Notes: generated from the sequence alone by a model not told the origin. 63,957 nucleotides of DNA, filler included, from Octopus bimaculoides (GCF_001194135.2; 5 parts of 5 records of this genome joined end to end with filler, not necessarily neighbours in it), one strand, 5' to 3'. Numbered from the whole stretch's first letter, positions 12,492 through 24,445 are shown. Translations and numbers: made by a program.

Positions 12492-12652
12492 GACGGGCTT
12501 CTTTCAGTTTCCGTCTACCAAATCCACTCACAAGGCTTTGGTCGGCCCGAGGCTTAAGTAGAAGACACTTGCTCAAGGTGTCACGCAGTAGGACTGAACC
12601 CGGAGCCATGTGGTTGGTAAGCAAGCTACTTACCACACAGCCACTCCTGCGC
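12492..12652 (-). mobile_element. SINE family A, head half (rest in gap)
   Basis: GACGGGCTTCTTTCAG...CCACACAGCCACTCCTGCGCC starts directly at the N gap. Confidence 0.9.
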
Positions 12653-12679
12653 CAATAGTCGAATGAATCGGTCCCAAGT

Positions 12680-13480
12680 TGATTGGTTTGCTGTGGTAGC
12701 TCGTGCTTTTGGGTTGACTATCAGCACCAAGAAGACCGAAGCCTGGGATAGAACATACTCTAGATTCAAATGTGATGATTGAAAAGAATCCACTCAAATG
12801 GGTCAGGTCACTTAAATATCATGGAAATTCACTAAACTTTAAGAATACTCTTAATAACGAAATAAATGTTAGAATATCTAAAGCTACACCATTTGTGGGG
12901 TGAATACCGTATCAGTCTAAAAACTAAAATGTGTGTATGCAAATCTTGTATTTTGAGCACACTCTTGTACGAGGCAGAAGCACGGACTCTCTTCTACAGA
13001 CATATAAAGAAACTTGAAACCTTTCACGTGTGCTGTCTTCGCAATACTGGCAACATAAAATGTCAGAATTTTAGAAAAAAGTATCGAAAGCATACTATTG
13101 ATAATTCAGTGCAGATGGGTAGAATATGTTCGAATGAAACATGATCGCATTCCGAAAATTATTTTGTATGGTCAACAAGTAGAGGGATACCATGGTAAAG
13201 GAAACCCGATCTTTAGGTATAAGGATAAGTTGAAGCAAGCACTAAAATCTCTACAGCTTAATTTGACGTCTTGAAAAAGTTATTGCCTAGATTGATCTGC
13301 ATGGCGTAAAATGTGACACGGTGCATTAAAACAATTTGATTTAAATAAAGAGTTAAATCCTGCAATCAACAGACATATTTGTCCAGTCCCTGGCAAAATC
13401 AAGATCATCAGTGTTCCTTTGTAACATTAGAGCAAAATCCATGCCCGGACTCAAATTACATCCATCGCAAATAGATGCAG
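12680..13480 (+). mobile_element. Degenerate RTE-clade LINE ORF2, post-RT region and C-terminus
   Basis: Peptides AVVARAFGLTISTKKTE; HLWGEYRISLKTKMCVCKSCILSTLLYEAEARTLFYRHIKKLETFHVCCLR; RMKHDRIPKIILYG...RYKDKLK. These follow the RTE pattern TLLYG-E-W...RLPK-LLYGEL...RYKD. Confidence 0.8.
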
Positions 13481-13935
13481 TTTCTTTTATTTTCAATCCT
13501 CTTTTATCTTTTTAATCCATTCCTTCCAACACTCATACGACGGCAGTGACTTTATATACATGTGTGTGTGTGTGCGTGAGTGCGCGCGCGTGCATGTGCA
13601 TGTGTGTGTGTGTAAGGTTGTTTGTTATGATCGGTCAGAGAGTGACCATTGGTTTCGCGCATATAAAGCGCTTAACTGTATAGGTGACTCGTCAGGCTCA
13701 AATGGCCGGAGGCACATAATCTCTTTACAACTACTGCTAAGTATAGTGTAAAGTGGCTGAGCATGACAAGTCTGATAAAGCTGGCATTTTGTACACACAC
13801 ACACACACACAAACACGCGCATGCGTGAGTGCATGCATGTAAATATGTGCGTGCGTACGTGCATGTGTGTGTGTGTGTGTGCATAGACTTGTCAGGGAGT
13901 TCTGTTCAGTACACAACTGAAATGTGTGTTGCGTG

Positions 13936-13967
<32 letters not shown>

Positions 13968-14016
13968 TGTATGTATGCATGCATACATACATACATACAT
14001 ACATACATCACACTGT

Positions 14017-14667
14017 GAAGGCTATGCGTTTGCAATCCAGGAACAAGAGAGACAGTGACGCTTTTGTAATCCCAAGAACCGCATATGTCATGTTTCTGTG
14101 GAAGATATTACGCATGTGATTAGCAGCTGTTCTAAAATGTCATCATGGTATTACCTCCCTATGTGACACGATGTTGCTGCTAAAACAATTTACAACGCCA
14201 TCCGCAAAAAAGACTGTCTTGAAACAAACTTAGAAAATCCCTCTGTTATAGAATACATTCACAAACACCAACTCAAGGAACACTGGTGGAATATTCTCAT
14301 CAAAACGTCTTTCAAATGTAAGCATAACAGGCCGGATATTGTTGTTTGGGACAGAGGGGCAAAGGTATATACCATCATAGAGGTTAGCTGCTCTGTATAT
14401 ATAAATATCTTTTTGAAAATTAAAGAAAAAGGGGATATCTATGGGCAACTGCTTCGAAACCTCCAGCTTCTATATCCAGACTACGAATTCATATTCATAC
14501 TAATAATAATTAGAGCACTAAGTTTTGTTGGTAAATGCTTAAAGGAGAATCTGGATAAACTGGGATTTTCAGAAAGAGAAATTGACCGGCTAATCCGTAC
14601 ATTACAAGTTCAATCTGTAAGTGGAACAGTAAAAATATGCAAGACTTTTCTCAAGTTCCAAATGTGA
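14017..14667 (+). mobile_element. R4/Dong-like non-LTR element 3' fragment (CCHC knuckle + restriction-like endonuclease)
   Basis: EGYAFAIQEQE; CHVSVEDITHVISSC; *HDVAAK; KHNRPDIVVWD (HNRPD at 14323-14337); IIEVSC; KEK; GTVKICKTFL*. One in-frame stop. Confidence 0.8.
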
Positions 14668-14787
14668 ATGTCTGTTAACTACATCCCAAAAAGGAACCTT
14701 GTATCTTTGTTGGAAACCGGCTCCCTTCTCAGTGGATGATTCATAATAATTAGAAAATAGAAGAGACATACGTACGTATGTGTGTGT

Positions 14788-14821
<34 letters not shown>

Positions 14822-14879
14822 CACACACACACACAGATGGTTGACTATCACAGTCGATAAAGTCGACTGTAGCATTTTG

Positions 14880-15250
14880 TTCATTCGTATACCCTCTTGG
14901 TTACAGTCAGATGCACAATGGCGGCCACACACTGGACACATGGTGAAATGCTCTGCTGTATCAGGTTTAGCCTTCATCACTGCGTCACCGCGCACTTTTC
15001 TACTTTTCTGACTCGTCTTTCATTTTCGTAGGTTTCTGTTCCTTTGGAAATTGCTTGCCTCCATTCAGACCTGTTCGTGACCACGATTTCCCTTTGTTCT
15101 TCATCAATGTCACATTTCTGGATGGATCTTTTCAGGGTGCCTCTATAGTGAAGCTTTGGCTGATCTCTTGGCCGATTGCCCTCTGTCAGTTCACCGTAGA
15201 ACTGCTTTGGTAGCCTGTTTTCCAGCGTGCGCAAGAGGTGTCCAGAGTAG
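14880..15250 (-). mobile_element. RTE-clade LINE ORF2 C-terminus
   Basis: SGHLLRTLENRLPKQFYGELTEGNRPRDQPKLHYRGTLKRSIQKCDIDE...RSEWRQAI, then after a frameshift MCPVCGRHCASD. Confidence 0.85.
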
Positions 15251-15828
15251 GCGCTGACGTATGTAGGGGATTGAAATGTCGCTGTGGTAGGCTCCTCGAT
15301 TCCACAGGTCTTCATGCTCTGTCTTGCCGCCTAAATGCTGGTTGTTTCCCTCATCACACTGGGCTAAACTTAATCATTAAGCGGATCCTGGCTTGGATTA
15401 ATATCCCCTCAGTTCTGGAGCCGGTGGGATTTTCCAGAAGTGATGGGAAGAGACTAGATGGTCTTACCCTCTACTCCTGGGTAAAAGGTAGGTGCCTTAA
15501 CAGGGACGTTACAGTCTGTGACTCTTTTGCTCCCTCCCACATCTTGGATACTGATGTAAATGGGAGGGTCACTGCTTCCGTAGACAAACGGAACAAAAGC
15601 CTAGAGTACTGGGACCTGGCAGTGAACCATCTCTTTCAGCCTGTGGTGTCTAAGGTGTTTGGAGGGACTGGGTCACTAACGGTGAAGTTCTTGTTATCGT
15701 TGGCAGCTCGCCTCACCAAGGTGTCAGGTGATGTCCGTGAGAGTGCTTGGCGATTCCAATGCCTTATCCTCGCCATCGCCCGTGGTAATGCTGCGAGCGT
15801 TGTGGCTTGCTTCAGTAGGTTCTGTTGA
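15238..15828 (+). mobile_element. CRE-clade non-LTR element 3' fragment (zinc knuckle + restriction-like endonuclease)
   Basis: CRCG...GLHALSC...HHTGLN...IPSVLEPVG...DGKRLDGLTL..W...DVTVCDSFA...AIARGNAASV matches the CRE pattern HALSC / EP-GL-R-DGKRPDG / DVT / IQRGNA. Confidence 0.85.
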
Positions 15829-16500
15829 ACCTTGTGGTACGCGACCAATTGAAGCACTTAATGTTGCATTGTTGTTGTTTTTTCTCCCGTCTTTTTTAAA
15901 AAAAATTTCTTCTCGTTTCTCTTTTGTAAAATATATTCTTGTTCAGATTAATTTTTATTGTTAAATACTTGTTGGAGAAATTAGAAAGATGTCAGTTATT
16001 GTAATGAAATATGAAAAATCAAGTAAACGAACGCCCATCAGCATGTAAGAACGACCGTGCGAACCCAAAAGGAGAAATGGTGACGAATGGAAAAACAGGC
16101 TCCTTTTATTAAACGCGTCACACGGTCGAACACAAAAATATATCAAATGATATATATATGTTATACTTCGATAACATAGAGAATTCGTAAATGCCAGTAA
16201 GAAAGACGATAGAACACAACCGTATGAGATGAATAACAGTAAGATTTATTGTAGCATTAAATTGTATGTCTGTGTGTGAGTGAATGCGACATAATGAAAC
16301 ACAATAAAAGACAGGCCGTCATGTAAAGAAAAAGTGTGTGTGTAAGTAATACATGTATGTGGGTACGAGAGATACACAGTATTGAAATAGAGTCAGTAAC
16401 ACGTATAAGGATTTAATATACCAGTTCTTAGAGTACACAGTGGTAAGTGTCTGTATATACGAAGTTAAGGCGTGTGTGGCAGAGCGATCACTAGTTGTGA

Positions 16501-16974
16501 TGTTAGGGCTTCTATTCCAAGCCGGGCTGGATACAGATGTTCTTCGTAGGCTAGGTTCTTGTCTATTATTTATCGTGGTGAAGATGAATCACACAAACAG
16601 AATCGAAGAGAAGTGCCGCGGTTAGCTGTTGGTAGCTTGTGTACGTGTAGAGTCATGTTGACGCTGGCGGGGACGATGCNNNNNNNNNNNNNNNNNNNNN
16701 NNNNNNNNNNNNNNNNNNNNNNNNNNNNNNNNNNNNNNNNNNNNNNNNNNNNNNNNNNNNNNNNNNNNNNNNNNNNNNNNNNNNNNNNNNNNNNNNNNNN
16801 NNNNNNNNNNNNATAATTTAGGCTATTTATAGGAAAATAGGGGCTCCAGGAAAGCATTAGAAGAACACTCTCACGTGACCTTATTAAGGGCTGTGGTTGG
16901 TCGATTTGCGTTCTGGCGGGAACGGTACGAGGCAGTTGCCGCTTCAAATAATAATCAGTCACGTGATGGATACA
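16501..16974 (-). mobile_element. Possible solo LTR (interrupted by a gap)
   Basis: GC-richer block with TG...CA ends (TGTTAGGG...GATACA) and minus-strand CCTATAAATAGCC; no matching TSD. Confidence 0.25.
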
Positions 16975-17949
16975 GTAGGCTGCTCTCTACTACGCCCGAA
17001 CTTGAATATATTTATAACAGTGGGAGAAGATGGTTTGTTTGTATATAATGGCGATAGAAGTGTTAGTTTCACTACAAGCATTTTTTTTCTTTTTCGTATA
17101 CATATATAGACAGACACATCTCTCTCCTCCCACACTCACAAGCACGCACGTACACATACACACACAGGTTTCTAAAAACTGGTATGGACTGCATGTACAT
17201 ATGTATTATTTTTGTTTCCTCGTGATTTGTTCCAGTTATTTTCATTGTTTGTTTGCTAACATAAGTGCCCTTACAAATTATCTACTATCATTCACTACAT
17301 CCTAGAGAAGTAAAAAAAAAAGAGGTGAGGAATTTGTTGGTTGCTTGCTTCCGTGTAAATAATTATTTTGTTTAAGAATATATATATTTTTTTTTTTTAC
17401 AATTTTGCACCCTGGCCTCCAATTTTGCACCGTTTTAATCGGTAGATATTTCTTGTTACACCCGAGTGAGATAGGAGATATTTATTGTCATACCCAACAC
17501 CACACACACACACACACATGCACAGAGAAGAGAAATTATTAGTTTGGCGGCTAAAACGAATCTGTTCTGTGACAATGCTGTGTAGGCCCATCGCCAGAGT
17601 TTGGTGCCTGTGGGTGCTTCAGAATATTCTGGGTGGGCATTGATTTGTAATCACGCTAAAGGGGAGTAACTCTGAGGGGGCACCATTAAATAGTGAGGGG
17701 GCTGTGCTGTCCAGTGCACCCCTTTAGCAGTGGACATGTTAGTCAGACTTCAAGAAATGCATTGCAGAAAGATTTTTGTAAACTGTATTTTCTAAATCTA
17801 AGGGTGCACCATTAAATAGTGAGGGTGAAGTACTGTCCAGTGCACCCACCACAACCACCACCACTTAGCGATAGGCATGGTATAGTGGTAGAATTGTTTG
17901 GCTTATGGTAATTTAAATTTTATCAAATGTGTGAATGTAACCGTTTGTT

Positions 17950-18315
17950 TTTTACTTGTTTTCAGTCATTGGATTGTGGCCATGCTGGAGCACTGCCATT
18001 GAAGGGTTTTGTTGAACAAATCATCTTCAGTACTTGTATTTAAGCGTGGCACTTACTCTTTTGGTCTCTTTTGCTGAACCTCTAAGTTACAGGAACATAA
18101 ACAAACCAACATTGGTTGCCAAGGGGTGGTTTGACACGAACACAGCACAAACACAAAGACGCGCGCACGCACACGCACAACAATGTTTCCACTCAGAAGG
18201 CTTTGGTCAGCCAGGTGGTATAATAGAAGACACTTGTCTAAGGTGTGATAGAGTGGGACTGAACCCAAGATCACATGGTTGGGAAGCAAGTTTCTCAACC
18301 ACACAGCCACTCTTG
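17950..18315 (-). mobile_element. SINE family A, CpG-decayed
   Basis: Family A motifs throughout, with many CG to TG/CA changes. Confidence 0.8.
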
Positions 18316-18344
18316 TACCTATGAGCCAATAAATGGCTCTTTGT

Positions 18345-18540
18345 CATCATCATCATCATCATTTTAATGTCCACTTTTCCATGCTTTCATGGGTAAGATG
18401 GAATTTATTGAAGTAGATGTTCTACAGCCAGATGCTTTGCCATCACCAAACCCTCACCTGTTTCCAAGCAGAGTAATATTTCCCCGTGACCAAACATGTT
18501 TTCACAGGATATTGGAAATGAATGACATTCATTTACAAGA
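18345..18540 (-). mobile_element. RTE-type 3' tail, (CAT)n on the plus strand
   Basis: (CAT)n-TTTAATGTCCACTTTTCCATGC...CTACAGCCAGATGCTTTGCC. Confidence 0.65.
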
Positions 18541-18589
18541 ATCGCACAATGTCAACAAGGCAATGAACCACAAACACATACTCAAACTC

Positions 18590-18746
18590 ATGTGGCTGTG
18601 TGATAAGAAGCTTGCTTCCCAACCACATGGTTCCAGGTTCAGTCCCACTGTGTAGCACCTTGGTCAAGTGTCTTCTACCATAGCCTCGGGCCAACCAAAG
18701 CCTTGATGAGTAGATTTGATAGACAGAAACTGAAAGATGCCTGGTG

Positions 18747-18750
<4 letters not shown>
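18590..18750 (+). mobile_element. SINE family A, head half
   Basis: TGTGGCTGTGTGATAAGAAGCTTGC...GGTTCAGTCCCACTG...GAAACTGAAAGATGCC. Confidence 0.8.
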
Positions 18751-18809
<59 letters not shown>

Positions 18810-18853
18810 NNNNNNNNNNNNNNNNNNNNNNNNNNNNNNNNNNNNNNNNNNNN

Positions 18854-18865
18854 TTAATTAATTAA
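18854..18865. other. TTAATTAATTAA linker inside an N gap (assembly artefact; also 48633-48644, 50234-50245, 60532-60543)
   Basis: The same 12-mer, with stops in all six frames, sits between N runs four times. Confidence 0.85.
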
Positions 18866-18944
18866 NNNNNNNNNNNNNNNNNNNNNNNNNNNNNNNNNNN
18901 NNNNNNNNNTATATATATATGGCATATATATATATGGCATATAA

Positions 18945-19168
18945 AAGGGGGCAAACTGGCAGAGTTGTTAGCATGCCAGGCAAAATGCTTAGCAGTATTT
19001 GGTCCATCTTTACATTCTGAGTTCAAATTCCATCGAGGTCAGCTTTGCCTTTCATCCTTTCGGGTTTGATAAATTAAGGACCAGTTGAGCACAGGGGTCG
19101 ATGTAATTGACCTGCCCCACCTCCCAAATTTGCTGGCCTTCTGCAAACAAATTTGAAACTAATTATTA
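18945..19168 (+). mobile_element. tRNA-head SINE family B
   Basis: CTGGCAGAGTTGTTAGC...GAGTTCAAATTCC, then CTTTGCCTTTCATCCTTTCGGG...ATAAATTAAG and a GGCCTT...AAATTTGAAAC tail. Confidence 0.8.
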
Positions 19169-19495
19169 GTCAATAGTATACAGAGACAATTAAAACTATT
19201 GAATAGACATTAACAATTTACAAGACATGTACACAAGAGTTTTAGCTGAAATGATAGAGTGCTTCAGCTAGGTCGGCTAATAATGAACCTGTGAAAGTGA
19301 GAGATTATCATATACAAATGGATAGTTCACACTGATGCTGAGAATTAGAATTATTCTGTCATACAAAATGAATTGCTGATAATCCTCAATGAAAATTAAA
19401 CCTACTAAGTTTAATGTGTTAAATTAATTAAAGTGTAGAGACATAAAAACAAGGTTNNNNNNNNNNTATATATATATATAGTAAAACTTTGTGTG

Positions 19496-19526
<31 letters not shown>

Positions 19527-19689
19527 GTGTGTACATATATATGTATGTGTGTGCGTGTGTGTCTGTTAAGATAGCTATGTCAATAGCTTGTCTCTGGATA
19601 ATGTTTAGTTTAGACACCAGCATCCAATGAAGTTTTCATTAGCAGAAAGCTGAACATATTTGGCTGTCTGAGGCTGCTTATCCTGAGAT

Positions 19690-19950
19690 CACGTGACTCA
19701 CCAGGCTATCAGATGTTGTTACACATCGCTGGTCACAGATCGTTGTGCATTGTTTTATCCTTCAACTGATGCCACCCTGCTGGCTAGAGAAGCAGGCCAA
19801 CATTTCCCCCTGATTGAAAGAGGGGAGTGGAGCAATGTGAAGTGAAGTGTTTTGCTCAAGAACACAACACAATGCACTGCCCAGTCAAGGAATTGAATCC
19901 ACTATCTAACGATTGTGAGTACAACATCCTAACCATTAGACCACACTTAT
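19690..19950 (-). mobile_element. tRNA-head SINE family C
   Basis: Minus strand: TGGTCTAATGG A-box, GGATTCAATTCC B-box, TGTGTTCTTGAGCAAAACACTTCACTTCACATTGCTCCA. Confidence 0.75.
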
Positions 19951-20139
19951 ATGCAGCACAAACGGTTGACAGTGTACAGAAATTACTAGAAATATCCAAA
20001 ACAGAGGTTACAAAACAAAAACTATCGTTAGAGCATTCAAATTAGGATAGTCAATAATGAATCTGAGAGTGTTACTCTCCTCCTGATGTTACTAATAAAG
20101 TGTTTGGAAAGCTGTGCATGGTATCAAGTGTTAATATGC

Positions 20140-20580
20140 AGAACTGTTACCATGTTGGGCAAAATGCTCAGCAGCATTTTATCCATCTTTACGTTCTGAG
20201 TTCAAATTTTGCTGAGGCTGACTCCATCTTTCATCCTTTTAGGGTTGATAAAAGTTGAACACTGGGCTCAATTTAATCAACTTACCCTCTACCCCAAAAT
20301 TACTGGACTTGAGCCAAAATTTGAAATCAATATTATATGTGCTAATATTAGTATATGCCAGAATGCAGTGAGATGGCAGAACCACAAGCACACCAAGCAA
20401 AATACTTAGCAACATTTTGTCTGACTTTACATTCTAAGTTCAAATGCTGCTGAGGTTGACTTTGCCTTTCATTCTTTCAGGGTCGATAAAATAAGTACCA
20501 GTTGAGCATTGGGGTCGATGTAATCAACTTACCACACCCCCAAAATTGCTGGCTTTGTGTCAAAATTTTAAATCAGTATT
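20140..20580 (+). mobile_element. Two tandem SINE family B copies
   Basis: Two successive TTCT(G/A)AGTTCAAAT...CTTTCAT(C/T)CTTT...GATAAAA units. Confidence 0.8.
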
Positions 20581-22789
20581 AATATATGCCAGGGGTCATG
20601 CATCATATGCCTATAGTATAGGCCTTCATAGCACCTTCAAGGATTTCAACCTAAAAATAAGCATCACAACTAACTTTTTCTTTAGAATTATAAAGTTCTT
20701 AGATATCACAAGTTATTAGAAATTACCCTCAAATTGAGACAGACAAATACAATTGTTATAGTAAATGAAATAAGAAGGTTACATACAATAGTAATAACTC
20801 ACCTACCTGTAGTTTTCAAAAACCTAATTAGTATCATAAATAGGAGAACACCTGGTTTCTTTTTGGATAAATTAATCTTCTATAAGGCATCCAATCTATT
20901 ATAACAGCGATTCAGCTAACAGTATATCAAAAGGTAAAGTTACTTGTCTCTCAACCTCTACCATCTTATTGATACTGTAGAATCAAATGGTTCATATATC
21001 TATTTTCCTTAAATATCACTATAAATATTGCCAAAGATAGCCAAGCCTTGATAGACAGATGTTTTCCAAATAACCAACCTAAAAGGACTGTTTCAAGAGA
21101 AATTGTATAAAAGTTACTTTAAGTTGTACTGCTAATATGAACAGTTTTATAACATCCAAATCTACAAAATGAACTCACATGCAGAAACATTAGCATGGTT
21201 CATTCAGTCATATAATGCTAAAGTGATAGGATATGAAGCAGAAGTCACCTCTAGGAAAATGAACCAAATGCTAGAACATAAGTACTGCAAATGAATAATA
21301 GAAGACAAATTCAAAGAACCTTATTTTGACCTTTCTTCTTCCCCTGGAATTTCAATAAAAATACAACTATCTTAAATTATGTCTAGCACCTAAAAGAACA
21401 AACACAACTTTTTATATCAAATAGAAACTCAGGAAACAAAGCAGGCTTTTCATGTGCAGGTGAAAAGAACCTCATATCAAAAGACTTAGAAAAGCATCTG
21501 TGGATTATCAAATACTAGATCTAAGCTCTTCACAAAACATCAGCACTTCAAGAAATATCCGCTCAAATCTTGGAAATTTACTCAGCTCTGCATTGAGCTC
21601 AAACACATAGATCTATCAGATGCAGTGCCTTTACAATGTCAATTTTTTAATATTTTTACATAACTTCTTTGTTTTAATCAATACTCCAAGAGTTCTAAGT
21701 TATTTTTAGTTGCTTTCACAATCACTAACAATCTTTGATTTAAGCTAACCAAACTTTTCTTCCTGGGATAATACATACTAAATAACTGACTCTACTCAGC
21801 TAATTAAAAAGACATTGTACCATCAAACAACCTTTTGTCTTAAACCTATCGTGCTGGGTTCCCAGTATACTGGAAATAGCATAAACAAAATCTCTACTGG
21901 ATTCCCAATAAAGCAGTAATAAACAACACATAAAATAAGAGATAAAATACTAAAATTAGACAACTGACCACATTGCAGCTATGTAGTCAAATGTGTTTAT
22001 CACTCATTGTTAATGATGTCCCCCGTAGCTGTTGTTTATATCTATTTTTAATCCGAGGAAAACAAACAAACAAAAAGAAAACGATTTTGCTATGAAAAGA
22101 GAGTGTGATGAATCCAGCACGTTGTCTTGTAAATGAAACCCTGGATTCTTTGCAGTTGAGGAAATTATTGATGATATTTATTCTTCAGACGAAGACCTTA
22201 CCCTTAAACAGACAATGAGAGCGATTTGGATAATTAAACTGGTGAAAGTGATGCAGAAAGAAACAACTGAGGTGAACAAATGCAGTAGTTGAGAGAATGA
22301 CCTATTATTATGATTATTATTGTTGTTGTTGTTGTTGTTGTTGTTGTTATTATTATCCTGAATACTTCTTGGTTTGTGATTCTATCCAACAGTGTGATTA
22401 TAAAGAACAAATATGGTTGTTGAAAGAAAGGCCTATTATTTTTGTGATTCTGTCCATTAGTTTACCTGCAATCATTACTTGTAAGCTGTATATGAAACTA
22501 TATATTTTTTTGCTCAGAAGTCCAAGTGGCGGTTAAAGTTAGACACAGGGGCCCATGTTAGAGAGGGTATCAATCATTTTTTTTTTTCAAAATGCCATAA
22601 CCCAGTCCATTATTTATTTCTCTCTTATACTTTCTTGCATCTACACAGCATTTAGAACTCACCACACACACCTTTGTTTACCTTCAATGGAATATATTAA
22701 CTTTGCAACTATATGTAAGTTTCTTTGCATTATAAATATGTGCATTTTGTGCATATATATATATATATATATACATACACTCTCTGAGT

Positions 22790-22950
22790 GGTTGGCGTTA
22801 GGAAGGGCATCCAGCTGTAGAAACTCTGCCAAATTTAGATTGGAGCCTGGTGTTGCCATCCGGTTTCACCAGTCCTCAGTCAAATCGTCCAACCCATGCT
22901 AGGATGGAAAGCGGACGTTAAACGATGATGATGATGATGATGATGATGAT
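22790..22950 (+). mobile_element. RTE-type LINE/SINE 3' end with (GAT)n tail
   Basis: GGTTGGCGTTAGGAAGGGCATCCAGCTGTAGAAAC...CATGCTAGGATGGAAAGCGGACGTTAAACGATGATG. Confidence 0.75.
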
Positions 22951-23460
22951 GATATATTATTTTATTTAAAAGAGTTCCAACTCTGTCTGTTTTTTATGTT
23001 TTTTTATTTATATTCTTGTAAAATATATATAAAAAAAAANNNNNNNNNNNNNNNNNNNNNNNNNNNNNNNNNNNNNNNNNNNNNNNNNNNNNNNNNNNNN
23101 NNNNNNNNNNNNNNNNNNNNNNNNNNNNNNNNNNNNNNNNNNNNNNNNNNNNNNNNNNNNNNNNNNNNNNNNNNNNNNNNNNNNNNNNNNNNNNNNNNNN
23201 NNNNNNNNNNNNNNNNNNNNNNNNNNNNNNNNNNNNNNNNNNNNNNNNNNNNNNNNNNNNNNNNNNNNNNNNNNNNNNNNNNNNNNNNNNNNNNNNNNNN
23301 NNNNNNNNNNNNNNNNNNNNNNNNNNNNNNNNNNNNNNNTTTCTTTGCATTATAAATATGTGCATTTTGTGCATATATATATATATATATATACACATAT
23401 ATACACATACATATATACATATATATATATATACACATACATACATACACACATATATAT

Positions 23461-23600
23461 ATATAGGGAGAATTCACAAAAAACAAAAGATTAAGGCAGG
23501 TGGTGTAGACAACAAACATATGTATTAGTTTAATGCTTGGCAAGTGAAAAAGTGTTTAACGTTTTGAGCCTACACTCTTCAACAGAAAGGAACACAGAAA
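23461..23600 (-). repeat. Dispersed repeat, same family as 1385-1496
   Basis: Reverse-complement similarity to 1385-1496. Confidence 0.7.
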
Positions 23601-23656
23601 GAAACAAGGAGTGAATATAAAGAATGTGTAGTGGCTAGTGATCTAACATGGATCTA

Positions 23657-24007
23657 TACAGGATGTCCCAAGAGTCCCTGATGGGTTTTAATTTTTAATA
23701 ACTTCCTTAACTTAACAAATAAATGTATGAAATTTTGATACAGTATAAAGGACATAATGGAAATTAATATGCACAAGTCAAAATTTACAACACTACTACA
23801 TCACATAGGAAAAATGACATCGCTTAAATGGCAACCATTTTCAGCTTCACACGCCTGTGCTCTTCCCAAAATTTGCACCATAACACACTCAAGAGCTTCA
23901 GACACTACTTCTGTGCTTTCTCTATTTATATTCTCCCTCAGTTGCACCAGGGTCTCCAGCTTGTTGATATAAACCCTCTCTTTCAAGTATCCCCACATGT
24001 GGTTCAC
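23657..24007 (-). mobile_element. Tc1/mariner 3' fragment with terminal repeat
   Basis: WGYLKERVYINKLETLVQLRENI...NGCHLSDVIF* is a typical transposase C-terminus; TA+CAGGATGTCCC terminus at 23657-23669. Confidence 0.8.
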
Positions 24008-24011
24008 ATGT

Positions 24012-24185
24012 GTGGCAAGCCAGAAGCCCTGACTTAAGACCCTGTGAGTTCTTTCTTAGGGGTTGGTTAAAGGAACAAGTCTATTGTACAAAACCAAAGA
24101 CTTTGGAAGAACTTGAAGGGTGAATACAAGAAGTTATGTCTTCCATTCTACAAGTGTTCCTGGTGAAATCGGTTGATGCAATACC
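24012..24185 (+). mobile_element. Second Tc1/mariner transposase fragment, opposite orientation
   Basis: WQARSPDLRPCEFFLRGWLKEQVYCTKPKTLEELEG*IQEVM matches WPARSPDLxPxDFFLWG. Confidence 0.8.
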
Positions 24186-24214
24186 TAGGTGTTCATAGAA
24201 TGCCAGCAGTGACC

Positions 24215-24445
24215 CATGCATACCAGCCTCCCTTCTCTATGCCACTGATATTATTCAAGGGAAAGGCAAAGGCCAATACAACTTGGCACCAGTGACATCA
24301 CAACTCATTTCTACAGATGGGTGAACTGGAGAGCAATGTGAAATAAAGTGTCTTGCTCAAGAACACAACACACAGCCCGGTTTGAGAATCAAACTCACTA
24401 CCTCATGATTGTGAGCATGATACTCTAACCACTGAGCCATGCACC
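24215..24445 (-). mobile_element. tRNA-head SINE family C
   Basis: Minus strand: TGGCTCAGTGG, GTGAGTTTGATTCTC, TGTGTTCTTGAGCAAGACACTTTATTTCACATTGCTCT. Confidence 0.8.

Noticed and set aside
18854-18865. Recurrent TTAATTAATTAA motif
   Set aside because: Always inside N runs; assembly linker, not biology.
21840-22540. piggyBac-like remnant (TTAA-bounded, acidic EEIIDDIYSSDED peptide)
   Set aside because: Candidate termini do not match as inverted repeats and no catalytic motif was recognised.
23545-23590. Minus-strand TTGAAGAG...CTCAAAACGTTA as a hammerhead
   Set aside because: G12 is absent and helix I does not pair.
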